64,000 nt of DNA from Eledone cirrhosa (Eukaryota), in the NCBI GenBank assembly GCA_964016885.1, contig OZ024740.1:83576001-83640000 (forward strand), written 5' to 3'. Both the position numbers and the translations under genes were made by a program. Positions 15,013 through 31,491 of this stretch are shown here, one piece after another (within the stretch, counting starts at the first letter, position 1; each line of letters begins with the position of its first letter). The notes below the pieces were generated by a model. The model was not told where the DNA came from, did no database searches, and saw only the letters and a list, made by a program, of their open reading frames with translations.

Positions 15013-15410
15013 GTGTGTGTGTATAATATATATATATGTGAATGTATAATGAGAGATCAAGAGAGAGAGAGAATGCCTATGGCTAAGACAGGAATGTGTA
15101 TAAATATACTATTTAGGTAGTACGATAAGTAATAACCGTCTTAGACTTCGGTGCATATTTCGAGGCCTCCTCGCTGTCAAAGACGTTATGCCAGTATTGG
15201 AAACTTAGGGTGTATTCTTTCAACAAGGAATGTTAAACGAGGTACACATAGTAAAGTTGTCCTATTATATTGCGCAATAAACATTATCACAGTCATCGGA
15301 AATTTATCAAGGGAGAAAAATATCGCAACCTCAGAAACCCTTGTAGAGTGTAATGTATAAACATTTAGGTATTTCTCTATATTATTTAACATGTCATGAG
15401 TCTATATAAT

Positions 15411-15463
<53 letters not shown>

Positions 15464-15550
15464 CTCAATTGAGTACCTTACTTATTGTCGTTACCTCCGA
15501 TTGAATACGGGACTCACTCATACATACACACACACACAGACACACACACA

Positions 15551-15611
<61 letters not shown>

Positions 15612-15616
<5 letters not shown>

Positions 15617-15927
15617 GGAAATGAATACAAAGATTTTAAAACCGTTAAAACATGTTTATATAATTGTGCACCTACGTACGTTTCGCCCTGAGCGTGGTAT
15701 CAAGGGTATGGAGAGCAAAATAATGTTCAATATAGAACCCGGGAGGGAATTTACGGTTAAATTAACATCATCATTCATTTTCCCCTCTGCATGTGTTTTT
15801 ATTATCACAGAGCATTATTTTGCTTTCCATCCCCTTGATAAAGCCGCTCAGGGCGAAACGTACGTAGGCGCACTATTATATAAACATGTTTTAACGGTTT
15901 TAAACTCTTTGTATTCATTTCCTTTAT
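15612..15927. repeat. Fold-back inverted repeat (arms about 15612-15729 and 15810-15927), PLE terminal-repeat-like
   Basis: ATAAAGGAAATGAATACAAAGA... mirrored by ...TCTTTGTATTCATTTCCTTTAT; abuts (TA)n on the left. Confidence 0.9.
15831..15870 (+). ncRNA. Minimal type I hammerhead motif, U3:A8 core variant
   Basis: CC-TTGATAA-A-GCC-gctcag-GGC-GAAAC-gtac-GTA-GG; palindromic ACGTACGT in stem III; stem I weak. Confidence 0.55.
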
Positions 15928-16111
15928 AACCGCTCTGCTTATTTTTTCTCGCCCACTAAATATTGACGCCTCTAATATTTAACCCTGTAGGCACGAGTAT
16001 TGAGCACATATGCATGCATAAACTATTGCCAACTAAATATATGTATCGACCATCTTTCAAATTCTCTTCTCTCTCTCGATACCTAATCATTCTATATATA
16101 TATATATATTA

Positions 16112-16298
16112 GGGAAGTGGATTGGCAGTATCGGTAGAGGGTCGGACGCCATGCTTTGCAGCACAGTTATGTCCCTTTACGGACTGAGTTCAAAACCCGC
16201 CGAGGTTAACTTTGCCCTTCATCCTTAAGGGGTCGATAAAATAAAGTACAAGTAATACACTGGGATAATTGCTGGCCTTGTGCCAAAAGTAGAAACAT
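16112..16298 (+). mobile_element. tRNA-derived SINE (octopod-type; central CCTTTCATCCTT-GGGGTCGATAAAATAAAGTACCAG resembles the Meta domain)
   Basis: A-box-like TGGCAGTATCGG, B-box-like GAGTTCAAA; about 12 copies in the window. Confidence 0.85.
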
Positions 16299-17409
16299 AT
16301 ATATATTAGTTTCAGAAGATCCCGTTAAGGGTGAAAGCATCAATTTTTGCTTAAACTTTAATCTGTTATTTTAATAAATATTTGCTCTACGGTTTTTATA
16401 TATTCTTATATATATATATTATCCTATCGAGCTCTCTTCGGATTTTAGTCTTCACATTTATTATTATTACAATGGATATATATATATATATAAATTCTTG
16501 TCGATACCGATTAGCAAGCTTTCTGGATTTTACTCTATATGCATAAGTTTATATATTTAGATGGGAATAATCTATGTGGTTTATATTCTGCAATTCAAAC
16601 AAATTATATTTAGATTATATGGATACCCAAGGGTATATCAGGGAGAAAATTGGAATGATGTTAGCAGCTTCGTCAGCTCGAAAATGCTTCTAAATATATA
16701 TCGTATTATCTTTAAGTTATTTGCATAATAAAGACATCTGTCATAGATATACATGGATTCATTTCATATTCAAATGTTGACTTAAATTGTTTAATATTTG
16801 AATAATTTCGTATATATCAATATAAATGTATAAGTGGTCCGCTCAAGAAAGCTTAGGTTACAATACACTAACATTCAGAAAATAGAATATTGTAGACAAT
16901 AAAACCTGCGGCTCAATAGCTGACTATATAAAAACGTTGGGCACTGACTCATTAACTGCTTAATGACCAACCACAAGGATATGGTCCGAACGGGGAAAAG
17001 GCCGAACTCCCACTGGCATCGCCTACATCTCTCTCGCCCTCCCCATCTCTCTCTATGGTGAGCAAATGAGGGCCCACGTGCTGGCCTCCCCACAGCCCCG
17101 GTGGACAGAGTGGAGAAGGCGTTTCCCCGGTAGTAGCAACGCTCACTACAATCCCAACACTAATATATATATGTATGTATATATATATATATATATTCAT
17201 ATATATAAATATATATATATATATACCCCCACACGCATCACACACTTGCACGACTTGTTTCATTTTATTTTTTTACCTTCTTTTTAATATTTTTCCTTCC
17301 CCAATTTTCTTTTTGCCCTTCCCTTCTACCCCCCCCCACCCCCCATTTTAATGTATTTCCACCACTCCCCCTCACACCCTCGGAACTCTTTTCCTTCCCC
17401 ACTTTTCTC

Positions 17410-17438
17410 CTGTTGAAGGGATTATGTCCGAAACGTCA
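17410..17438 (+). ncRNA. Degenerate hammerhead remnant
   Basis: CTGTTGA-AG-GGA-ttatg-TCC-GAAACGTCA; A6 mutated and stem I partner lost. Confidence 0.4.
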
Positions 17439-17540
17439 CCCCCCCCCCCACACACACACTTTCAAGCGTGAACCTAATACTAACACTATGTACTGCATTC
17501 TTCGTTATTGTTTTTGTTTTCTGTTTTAACTATTATATAT

Positions 17541-17857
17541 ATATATAATGATATCAAATCAATGGAAACTATATTTATAAAACCATATTTATTATATTAT
17601 ACATATTGCAAGGGTACCAACATTTTGGTACGCTATCATCAGATAGAATACGAAGTGTGTTTTATAAATGTTGACATAACCAAGGAGAATATACTTTAAC
17701 GATTCAACTTTTTCTTGGTTATGTCAAAATTTATAAAACACACTTCGTATTTTATCTGATGATAGTGTACCAAAATGTTGGTATCCTTGAAATATATATA
17801 ATAGAATAAATATGGTTTTATAAATATAGTTTCCATTTATTTAATATCATTGTATAT
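17541..17857. repeat. Fold-back inverted repeat (arms about 17541-17689 and 17710-17857)
   Basis: About 150-bp arms read directly; (TA)n nearby on both sides. Confidence 0.9.
17748..17808 (+). ncRNA. Type I hammerhead ribozyme (mirror copy on - at about 17590-17650 has GAAA>GCAA)
   Basis: TATTTTAT-CTGATGA-tagtgTACCAA-aatg-TTGGTA-tcctt-GAAAT-atat-ATA-ATAGAATA; stems I, II and III pair. Confidence 0.75.
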
Positions 17858-17942
17858 TACACTCCCGAAAACCTATCGAGTGCTCTGAATCAGTTATAAA
17901 CATTTATATTTGCTGTATTACCAACAAATTCAATATCTCTTC

Positions 17943-18112
<170 letters not shown>

Positions 18113-18416
18113 AAAAGGGAAGTAAGTTTCTATACAAAACAGTGGTTATGGAGAAAAGGTGAAATTGGAATATAATACTGAAAATATATTTAAGGAACTA
18201 TTTTTCTTTTCTTTTTTTTCCATTCTTTGATCCGTCAAAGTGACATTGTATGAGTGCGTGTGCGTGCGTGCATGTGTGTGTGTATGTGTGTGTGTGCTTC
18301 AGTCTGTCTTTCACAGGTTTATCTGTGGTGGGAATTTTTGAAAAATATGTGTATGAGTAATTTCTTTTTTAATTCATTGTGTGTTTGTGTGTGTGTGTCT
18401 GTATGTATATATATAC

Positions 18417-18487
<71 letters not shown>

Positions 18488-18511
18488 ATATATATATATA
18501 TATATATATAT

Positions 18512-19141
18512 ATGATTTTGCGAGGTTTTGATATGAAATCGTGTGTCGAAACAAATATTGTTATACTTGGGGAGGGTCATATTGCTGTAATAATATTGCT
18601 AGAAATAATAACAGAACACACTCACTGTTTGGTTGGTTTTCGCTTCTGTATCTTTTACATCAGTTAATTTATTCGGTCCTCAATGTTTACTATTGACTGA
18701 CCAACGGTAAAAAATACAGATATAATATAGACACAAACACATATACATAGTCTAACAAAGTTCTTTCGTTGCACATCTGAAACATCGTCAGTGGTGCTAT
18801 TATGTTTCCTCATGTTGTATTGTATGTCTACGCCATCTTTCTTTCATCTGTTTATTTATTTATTTATTTTTATGTTTGCCTTCGTCTCTGCGCATGCGTT
18901 TGCCTGTGTGTATAGTGTTTGATGTGTGTTCCTGTTTGGGGGACTGTGTTTTGGTTATTGTATTCTATCTTAGTTTACTAGTGTGTGTTTATATGTGTTT
19001 GTTGTTATTGTGCTTATATATGTATTTATTTATTTATTTATATTTTTCTTAGGCCAGTATAGTTTGTTTGGGTGCTGTTGTTATTTCATTCAATTTTTTT
19101 GTTTAGCTTTGGCCTTCTAAGTTCTATTTCATTGGCCTCTC
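18512..19141 (-). mobile_element. PLE 3' end (end of GIY-YIG ORF, 3' UTR with HHR), related to 52043-53465
   Basis: Minus strand EANEIELRRPKLN; terminal TTATACTTGGG-AGGGTCAT motif shared with 47580, 52107 and 53440. Confidence 0.75.
18755..18795 (-). ncRNA. Type I hammerhead motif, slightly degenerate
   Basis: Reverse complement: CCA-CTGACGA-T-GTTTCA-gatg-TGCAAC-GAAAG-aa-CTT-TGT. Confidence 0.6.
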
Positions 19142-20530
19142 TGCCATGCCTTAACCTTGAACGCATTTCCTGTCACTGCTGCGATTTTTAGCAAACCTAT
19201 AATTAAGGTTTGTTCCCTTCCAACGCCTCTTTGGGGTCTCGTGATACGCAAACTATGTGCGTCCATCCCACACCTCACATGTCAGATCGCAGGCTCATCG
19301 CAGGCTCATCGCCAGTTTTTTGTGGCATGAAATGGAGACTGCAATATATTTTTCGAACATGCCCCTCTATCTAAGATTTGAATGCGTCTCACGTTAACCC
19401 GCGTGAAGGACGATGTGGTGTGGTTCTTTTTCGTTACTCTCACCATGTTACAGTTTTAGTCGTTTTATTCGCTCCAGTCACCTATCTGGTACTTTCTCAA
19501 ACCCGCGATGACTAGGCTTTTTTAGAGGCGGCCTTTACTAGCCTAGCCATATCTACAACACTGGTTGTGTGATATTTTTTTCTGAGTTATAAGCGTCACT
19601 CATTGTTCCAATAGTGTACCGCGGTTCGTCTGGAGTCACTTATTTTTCCGGCAGCTGCTCGCTTATATCGCAACTAACCATCATATCTGGTGGTCGTATC
19701 GCTATCCGCCACCTGTCATCCGTTCTCTACCATAGCAGCGCAGGTAAGAAACAGGAACTAGTGGAGGAGTCTAGATGCGACCCGCTAGATATAGTCGGGG
19801 TTTCCTCAACTCAGCTGTCAGAATGTGTTATGGACCGGATCTCATTAGGAGGGAGGATTTGTTTCTTGAAACAGAGCCTGAAAGATTGGTTTCTTTAGGT
19901 GGTACAAGTTTATTCCCCCAAACAAGGAGTCCGAATAGAAGTCCTTCCTAGACAAAATCACTGCAGCCTTAGCTGTAGTTGAAATTGAGACATATATCTT
20001 GATAGGAGTCTTTCAATGCCATCCGAGGAATGAAGCAAGCTTAGAAAATGTGGCTTGAAAATAAATCCTACTTCTTGGACTTTTGTTATAAACAGCCACC
20101 AAAAATCGCAGCAGTGACAGTAAATGCGTTCAAGGTTAGGCATGGCAAGTCTTTCGGGTTCATCCGAAAGATTTTAGAGTAACGTTACTTGAGAGAGTGT
20201 GAAGCTCTGATATCAGAGATTCTCTCCAGGTAGTTCTGTTACTTGTCGGAATTGAGAGATTACAGTGTCAATACTAAGGGCATATGTTTAGAATGCCTCA
20301 GGACAGAATCGCTGGACAAATTTTACAGGCAAAACCATCCGGCAGAGACTCGCATATGGACCTCGTGCATGATGGTTAGATAATATCCACGAACTTGTCT
20401 GGTCTCACTTAAGGATCCAGCCGGTTCAGTTGGAGGCGGTTGCTTCTTACATGACCTACTAAAAGGAGTTTTGGAGGACTCTGCAGTCACGACCCTACGA
20501 AGAAGAAGAAGGAGAAGAATAAGAAGAAGA
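19142..20530 (+). mobile_element. Degenerate, internally deleted RTE-like LINE with (AAG)n tail
   Basis: LDIVGVSST endonuclease-start motif; 3' region similar to 48900-49205; (AAG)n at about 20499-20530. Confidence 0.6.
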
Positions 20531-21540
20531 TATACGCCTGTATGTGTGTCTGTGGGTTAATTGGATTGTAATGGTATTAAACGTAAACCACGTTCAAAAA
20601 TCAGTAATATAATTTGATTCCAAACTGAAGTGTTTTTAACGCAGGTGCAGATTACTGACTTCTTGTATAACATAGGAACATATGACTGTAACATAGTATA
20701 TACAAAATGGGGGAGAGACATATAAGATGAGGGTACGTTTATTTCGATACTTCTGTTTCACCTGTAAATTTAAACTTATATAATTCTATCGCAGAAAATT
20801 TCAAATACTTGATTAATCTCAAACATTTTCTAGCAATACACAAAAAATGAACAAAAATGAACAAAATATTATTGTTGAAAATGTTCGCTTAAGTAATATC
20901 TAGATATGCCTTTCTTTTTTTTCTTATAATTTATTTCACTAGCCGTGTATAAATTTAAAATATAAAAAAAGATATAAAGGAAAAAAAGTGTTACATTATT
21001 TACAAAGTAGATAATAAAAGATTCTAAGGGTTGGATTGGAGTGGTTTATTATAGAGAATGCACTAATCTGGTTAGTGAGTCCATCAAGCAGGATTATAGT
21101 AAAAAAAACTATCGTAATTTTCCTGGATCTCGCATTAAACACAAATTCCATTATTTATTAATCTATTTATTTATTTATTCAATATAAATGTCTGTATAGA
21201 GCTAATGAGCCATGAACTACAAGTGAAGTATCGAATACTCCTTACAGTTGGTATTGAAAAAGAGATAGTGAGACAAGTAATAGCAAAAGATAAATCAAAT
21301 AGAGGGAAAATAATATAAAATTGAATTAAAATCAAATTACAAATATTGAAGGTTAAGGGAAGGTAGATTAGACCATTGAAAAAGAAAAAGAAAAGGAAAA
21401 TAGGGAACCTGTGAATCAGCTAGAGGTTTCTGTTGTTGAATCTATTTGTAGCTTCCATGTACTAAAATCGTTTATCGTCAAAGAGTTCAGTAGCTATGAA
21501 CTTTCACTATCCTTGTATCACAAATATTTCGTATAAAACT

Positions 21541-21730
21541 TAATTGTTTCTACTATTGGCACAAGGCCAGTAATTACCCAGTACATTACTGGTACTTTAT
21601 TTTATCGACCCTGTAAGGATGAAAGGCAAAGTTAACCTCGGCGGGATTTGAACTCAGAATGGCAAGGGCCGTAACTCTATGCGTCAAATCATGGTGTCCG
21701 ACCCTCTACCGATACTGCCAATTCACCGCC
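21541..21730 (-). mobile_element. Full-length SINE with 15-bp target site duplication
   Basis: TATTTCGTATAAAAC at both 21525-21539 and 21731-21745. Confidence 0.9.
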
Positions 21731-22299
21731 TATTTCGTATAAAACATAATATATCTGTATAATACGCATTAGAAACAATGTACGTTTCAAAATGATGAAG
21801 TCATTACACATGCCTTAATGAAAGTAAAGTTTGAAAGTAAGAAAAAATTAAACAAACAACAAATGGTATAAAATTGGATTGGAATGGCAGAATTGCTTAG
21901 AATATTAACAAATTAAAATTAATGAATTGTATTATTTAAATAATGATATAATAAAATATACCATTGATTGAATGCAGAGGAAATTAAAAATGAAATCATT
22001 ACTAATATAAAGACCGATTATTTTTAAGAAACGGTAGAAGATCGCCAATAATTACAGAAGCCACTAAGATTCCACTAGAAGAAATATTCAACCCAATTAA
22101 AATCTATTTATGAATGTAATAAATCTTCTCTTTATGCTATTGATGTTTTAGAAACATTGAAATTAAAACTATAATTACTAGAGCATATTCTGCGTATGCA
22201 GAGAGAAGGAAATGTTAGGCGAATGTGAATAAAAAGTATAATCAAATGAACCATGATTTCAGATTCGCTATAATTTCACTTAAAAGAGTACTAATCAGT

Positions 22300-23600
22300 T
22301 GTTAATTCAGAAGGTGGTGATGGAGGTTCTATATTTCTAATGTCTTGGGCCCACGAAACAACTTACGGTTGATTTCGGGTATGCGGTTATCTCTTGAAAT
22401 ACTAGATAATGTGTGAAGTGGGTAATTTGGTCCACCATCTCGCTGCATTTGCTCCGGATACGTGTAAGTTCATTTCTTATGAGTACGGTTTTAGCACCGA
22501 GGTGAGGGCGGATTTGTAATGAACAAACAAATGTGTCAGAGGACTTTCAGGTAGATGTCTGTGTGGATGTCATATTCTTCCATTATACTCAGTTCAAAAT
22601 CAAGTAGGAAACGGTATCCAGTTTTGTGAGGCTGTTCTACGCAGAACCGTATATTATCAATTACGATTGCAAACGTCATAATGATTAGATAGGCCTCTTA
22701 AATAAGGACTTGCGTAGGAGTACGTCGTACGTGATGACGCAGGCTCATGGGTAGCACATTTGCATGCGTGACATGGCAGCTGGTTCCTGTAGGTGATGGT
22801 TAGTAGGCCTGGGAGACTAAATCACATAGGTAGATATATAGATTCTTAGTAAGTATAGTGATGGAAGATGAAGTAAGAATTATCCAGGATGATTGATAGG
22901 AGTTCATTTTTGTCGGATGCGGTGAATATGAAGCAGTTTAGGCTAGAGGAATTGATGGAGTCAGTCAGTAGGTTTACTGCAGTGTGGTCAAGTACTGGTG
23001 CGTAGAGGGGGTTGGTTTTGAGAGTATATGGGTATATTTTACGTTACGTTTAAATTGTTCTGGCATTAGTTTGTGCTGTCTGTCTATGGCCTCATTGGAT
23101 CTTCGGACATATCCTGGATAGGAGCAAAGTATAATCCTGAGGAACTGGGAGAGGAGCTAGTTAGGCGTTTGGCGAGAGGTCACGTAACGAGTGGTGTGTA
23201 GATATTGATCGGTATCTCGGTCGTCTCACCGGGGGAGTTATCCTGTCTGTCCGTGTCGGTGAAGCGGGAGGAAGTGTTTTTGTGGTGTTATTTATTACAA
23301 AGCCACGGGAATTTACCTTTTAGGCGTTTATTTTCATGCTTGAAGAGGTGGTGGTAGCATCTGTCATTAGCTGCGGGGTTTTTCCTCGGAGCAGGGAGTT
23401 TGGAGTTGTTGCTGGTTTAGGAAGTGTTCCGGATAATTTTGTGCGTATTGGTGGAGTTTTCTGTTGCAGAATTTGTGTGAATAGTACAGTGACTATTTAA
23501 GGCTAGGTAAGATTGTGATGGGAATTATGTTTTTTTTTGTTTTTTTTTCTTAAGGAGCGTTTAAGCTTTTGCATTTTTTTTTTTTTTTTTTTTTTACTAG
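22300..23600 (-). mobile_element. Probable degenerate Penelope-like RT fragment
   Basis: Minus-strand FIFTASDK (ADKG-like) and IHTDIY motifs; many stops. Confidence 0.4.
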
Positions 23601-24059
23601 GGCGTATAATCTAATAAGAAGGCATATAAGCTCCCTGGACGGAACAAAATGGCATCAGCACACGCATGTTGGCATATTGTTCTTTCCATTCAAGCTTCTT
23701 TTATTTTCTATGCCCTGTTATTAGACTATACTCTGCAGTAAAATAATCCGCCGAATGCTTTGAATACAATTTTAAAACTCAAATCGCCGTTTTATAAATG
23801 CACAAGTTCTTAAGGGTAAAGTTATGCCTGGGGATTTATTCGATTTATTTAATCATCTTTTATCTCTTAGAGTTGATGAAAGCTGAGTTGTCTTCGATTT
23901 CTGCAAATCCATCTCCCTAAATATTTTATTAACATTAAATATTTTCACACTACAAACCATATGCAGCCGTTTCTTTAATGCATTTTGGAAGCACACAAAT
24001 ATATAAACCTAAATATATGTATGTACGTATGACGATTCTGACGATGGTTTTCCCAGTAA

Positions 24060-24470
24060 TAATTGTTCTTAATTTAGCCGCAATGCCTACAATTTGGGCG
24101 TGAGGTATTTAATGTCGATTAAATCGACCTCAGTGCGTTATTAGTACGTTATTATATCGATGCTGTAAGGATATTAACCTCGGGGGAATTTGAACTCGGA
24201 ACGTAAAAGGACGCAGTTATATACCACAAAGTTTGTTGTCCGACACCCTGCCGATACTCTAAGACCACCACCCTCTGTTTTCCGAGTAATAATTGTTTCT
24301 ACTTTTGACACAAGGCCAGCAATTACAGTAATACACTGGCCTTTTATTTTATCGACACCGAAAGGATGAAAGGCAAAGTGAAGCTCGGCGGGATTTGAAA
24401 TCAGATCTTAAAAGTACGTAACTCTGTGCTGTAAAGCTTGGCGTCCGACCCTCTACCGATATTGCCAATA
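24060..24470 (-). mobile_element. Two adjacent SINE copies (about 24060-24272 divergent, about 24290-24470)
   Basis: Reverse-complement match to the SINE consensus. Confidence 0.8.
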
Positions 24471-24635
24471 AAACAAAAACTGTGCTTGCCCTGTAAATGT
24501 CACCATTCAATGTACATCACCCACTCTACGTCATGCAATGAGTGTATTACTTTAATTGTTGATTTCCACGCACACACACAGGCACACATATACATATATA
24601 TTTATATGTGTGCGGTTGTGTGTGTATGTGTGTGC

Positions 24636-24681
<46 letters not shown>

Positions 24682-24927
24682 TACATATATATCATATATC
24701 ATACATATATAAATATGTGTGTGTCTGTGTGTTAATGTATGTGTGTAAGCGTGCGTCCGTGTGATTTTATCAACTGATGCTTATAAATATATGTTATGCA
24801 TCTTGTTGATATAAGCTATATACTGATAACAAAATTGTGTTGATATTTCCGCTTGAACAGCACAACCATCTGTCATACTCACGGATTCTGAAATTCAGTG
24901 ACATCAGAAAACCATTAACAACAGCGT

Positions 24928-25290
24928 TGGCAGTATCGGTAGAGGGTCGGACGCCATGCTTTCCAGCATAGTTACGTACCTTTATGATCTGAGTTCAAAT
25001 CCCGCCTAGGTTTACTTTGCCTTTCATCCTTACGGGGTCGATAAAATAAAGTACCAGTAATGCACTGAGTGATTGCTGGTCTTGTGCCTAAGTAGAAACA
25101 ATTATTTATTCTATGTTTTCCAGCAGTTATTTATTTATTCTATGCTTTCCAGCATAGTTACGTCCCTTTACAATCTGAGTTCAAATCCCGCCGAGGTTGA
25201 CTTTGCCTTTCATCCTTACGGGGTCGATAAAATAAAATACCAGTAATGCACTGGGTATTTGCTGGCCTTGTGCCTAAAGTCGAAACAATT
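24928..25290 (+). mobile_element. Two tandem SINE copies (about 24928-25105 and 25141-25290)
   Basis: Match to the SINE consensus. Confidence 0.85.
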
Positions 25291-26278
25291 ATTTATTATA
25301 TGTATTATTTTTCTTTTTATATTGAAATGTCAAATAAGGATTTTCTCTCCACAATGTATAAGATTTCTTACTTCTTCTGTAGACCTTAAATCATATAATT
25401 ATATTCCTGATTATATTTGCTAAACCCTCTCCTGAATGCAATAAAAAAGGTTTACGGACTGTTACGGAGTAAGAAATAACCAAATCAATTTCTATTGAAC
25501 CAACACAAGTCAAATGACGATAAGATAAATATTATAAATGACATATTTAATTTCATTTATGTAGCACAGATTCACACCGTTTTCAAACCGATTTCAGTTT
25601 ATCACTAGGGTAAACTTTATTAACTAATGAATACGGTATTGCATCGATATTGGAATGATGGGAGGAAAAATTAATATTACAATTCAGAAAATACTGCGCC
25701 ATAAATTTAAACCACAACACATGATTCTACCCACTAACGATTCCGAAAAGTTGGATACTCGCTCTACAAAAACGCATTGTGTTCTAGAAAATGATGTCTC
25801 ATAGACGAACAAGTTGAATAAAAAGGAAGCGAGCTGCACAAAGCATAGATGGGACAAGTAAAATATGTTAATAGCATGGAAAAGGTTATTGACAGATTAA
25901 GAAAAGAATTGAAACATAAAAGTATTTATAACTATATGAGTTGAACTAATCCACATTGCGTTATCAGATCAGTAGACAAATATACAGTTTATCTATAATA
26001 TCGATAGATTTTCCTCGCAGAGAAGTTGGAAAATCAACTGGGATAAATGCATATCTCTTTCTTTTTATTCATATCACTGCGTTAGAGGGGGCACTATAAT
26101 TGGGTTTAAATTCAGAAAGCATAAATTAAAGGACGAGAAGTATAACGATATCACAAATGCCAATAAATAAAATTTATAACAATAGAAAAATTATAATAAT
26201 ATTCTAAAGGGAAAATGCCCTATATCGATATGTGCCCTTTACGTTCCTTGAAATCTGAACGCATCACATATATAAACA

Positions 26279-26329
<51 letters not shown>

Positions 26330-26436
26330 TTGTATGTATGTATGTATATATATAACGAAATAGCCGTCGAAACGGCTTGAGCTCTGCCGTCGGGGTCATA
26401 CTTTTTCCTATATATATATAATGGAAGGGGTATATA

Positions 26437-26486
<50 letters not shown>

Positions 26487-27049
26487 AGAAAGAGAGAGGG
26501 GGGGAGAGAGAGAGAAAATTTACAAATGTATGTGTGTGTATTCATTGGGAATAACAACTCTTTGGTAACTTTAGGTACTTCAGTTTTCACTGCCCTTTCA
26601 GGACATGTATATTAAATTATGAATTCGAAATTTTGCTGAGAGAAATGTCAATATTGATCAAATTAAGATTCCTCCCATGTCTTCTGATTAGATTTATTTT
26701 AATTATTCTTATAGTGCTAAGTCTTGTTTTTATATACAGTATTTCATGCACATTTCCCCCTGAATTTGATCATATGATTTTTATCTGAGATAACTTCATA
26801 TTTTGTGAGCCCCTTTTCTTATCAATTGATAATTTGGATTCCCTCCTATCTTTAACGTTAACAATGCAGAGGTTTTAATATTTTATATGATCCTGAGCAG
26901 TTTTGTCCTCGGCTATTTTCATTGCTAAGGAATGGGTTTCTTTCAACGTTGCGGAAAGTGACACTGAGAAAAAAGCTGTTTCTGGAAGTTTCGAAACTGC
27001 AATCACCGTCTCTTTTTTCCATTCGGTAAATTCCCTCTGAAATACATCA

Positions 27050-27737
27050 AGTGGATCTTACTCTTCCTTTGATAGGCACTCTTTCTGTTACAACTATGGA
27101 GAACTTCTCCCGGGATTGCGTTGTGCTTATCAAGTCGTCCATATCAGTGAAGTACCATATCGCTCAAATGAGGATGCATGTCATTTCTTTATTCAACATT
27201 TGTCATTTTCCCTTTACTGCAAACGTATAGCAGAATCAGGAGGAATTAGTCAACATCCACACCTATCCTTGTTCGTGACACTTTTATCCCCCTTACCGTG
27301 CGGCACCAACCTATACTTTGATCTCATCACTTCCATAATACATCTCATCACAGCATGTGTTTTCAAAACATCAATAGTATCATTTATTCGTTTATTCGCA
27401 AAATGGATGCCAACTTCTTATTCCACTGTGTATGAAATGCCTGGCCATCTTTCAAAAGTTATGTTTATTTCTTCTTTCTTTTATTTGAGAAAATCGCCAA
27501 ACATGAAGACAGGGTCTTTTCTATCATATCTCTCATTTTCCAGAATCCCACGTCTGCCCAGTATATTACTTATCCTCACTTTCTGGCCAAGCTACCATTG
27601 TGAATTTTTTTTTTCTTTTTGCCTATCCTATGTAACATTTATCTTTCTGTTTGGCAACGTGTGATTACCAATAATTGTATATATGTCTGGTTGTGTAATG
27701 CCTTTTTATTTCTTATTTTCAATCTGTGTATTTGCTT

Positions 27738-27783
<46 letters not shown>

Positions 27784-28200
27784 AACGTATGTCCATAGAA
27801 TCATTTGATAAGATCTATACACCATCTCCTCTCCCAATTAAACCAGGCTCTAAGATTAAAAGGCACCTATGAAGAAATAATAGATAAATAAACAACAGCC
27901 ATATATTCGCGATCAACAGCTATAGAATATTTACCCAGCACTTCAATAGCACATGGAAATCGATTAAATATATCATCAAACATACACAATTAGATATAAA
28001 ATTAAAGTTAGAAGAAAAAATGTATATAAACATACCAAGATTACGTTTCTACCCCATGGGGTTTCATTCGCTTTTGGAAATATCCGATCAAGGATAAATT
28101 CACGAACTTCGAAATCATCAGGAAACAAACTCATTTAGACGCAGATTTTTCTTAAATGATCCCCGCCAGAAACGAATTCAAAATGTCTAAGAATATATAT
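27050..28200. mobile_element. Possible degenerate retroelement fragments on either side of a (TA)n tract
   Basis: Minus-strand YFTDMDDLI (YxDD-like) near 27130-27160; otherwise weak. Confidence 0.3.
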
Positions 28201-28289
28201 GGCTAAGTATATATCTTATCAAATATAAAAGAATATAAATGGCAAAGTATATATCTTATCAAATGATTCTATGGACATACGTCATTGTA

Positions 28290-28445
28290 TCGCCATGCTT
28301 TCCAGCATAGTTACGTCCCTTTTCGGTCTGAGTTCAAATCCCGCCGAGGTTAACTTTGTCTTTCATCCTTACGGGGTCGATAAAATAAAAGTACCAGTAA
28401 TGTACTGGGATAATTGCTGGCCTTGTGCCAGAAGTAGAAACAGTT
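28290..28445 (+). mobile_element. 5'-truncated SINE copy
   Basis: Match to the SINE consensus. Confidence 0.85.
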
Positions 28446-28587
28446 ATTTAATTAACTATTTCGTCATTGAGCCACATCGTGAATGGTTGCCAAAAACATA
28501 TATATATATCTATGACTTTGTCTAGTTTGTATATATGTAAATCTTTATATATATATAAGAATCTTGCTAAACAAATTCAGAAACGAA

Positions 28588-28684
<97 letters not shown>

Positions 28685-28685
28685 C

Positions 28686-31397
<2,712 letters not shown>

Positions 31398-31456
31398 GTT
31401 TCTGAATTTGTTTAGCAAGATTCTTCAACACGACCCTCCCAATGTATAACAATATA

Positions 31457-31491
<35 letters not shown>

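Noticed and set aside
16310-16345. CAGAAGA-TCCC-gttaa-GGGT-GAAA hammerhead remnant
   Set aside because: U4 mutated and no clear stem III or stem I; too decayed to call
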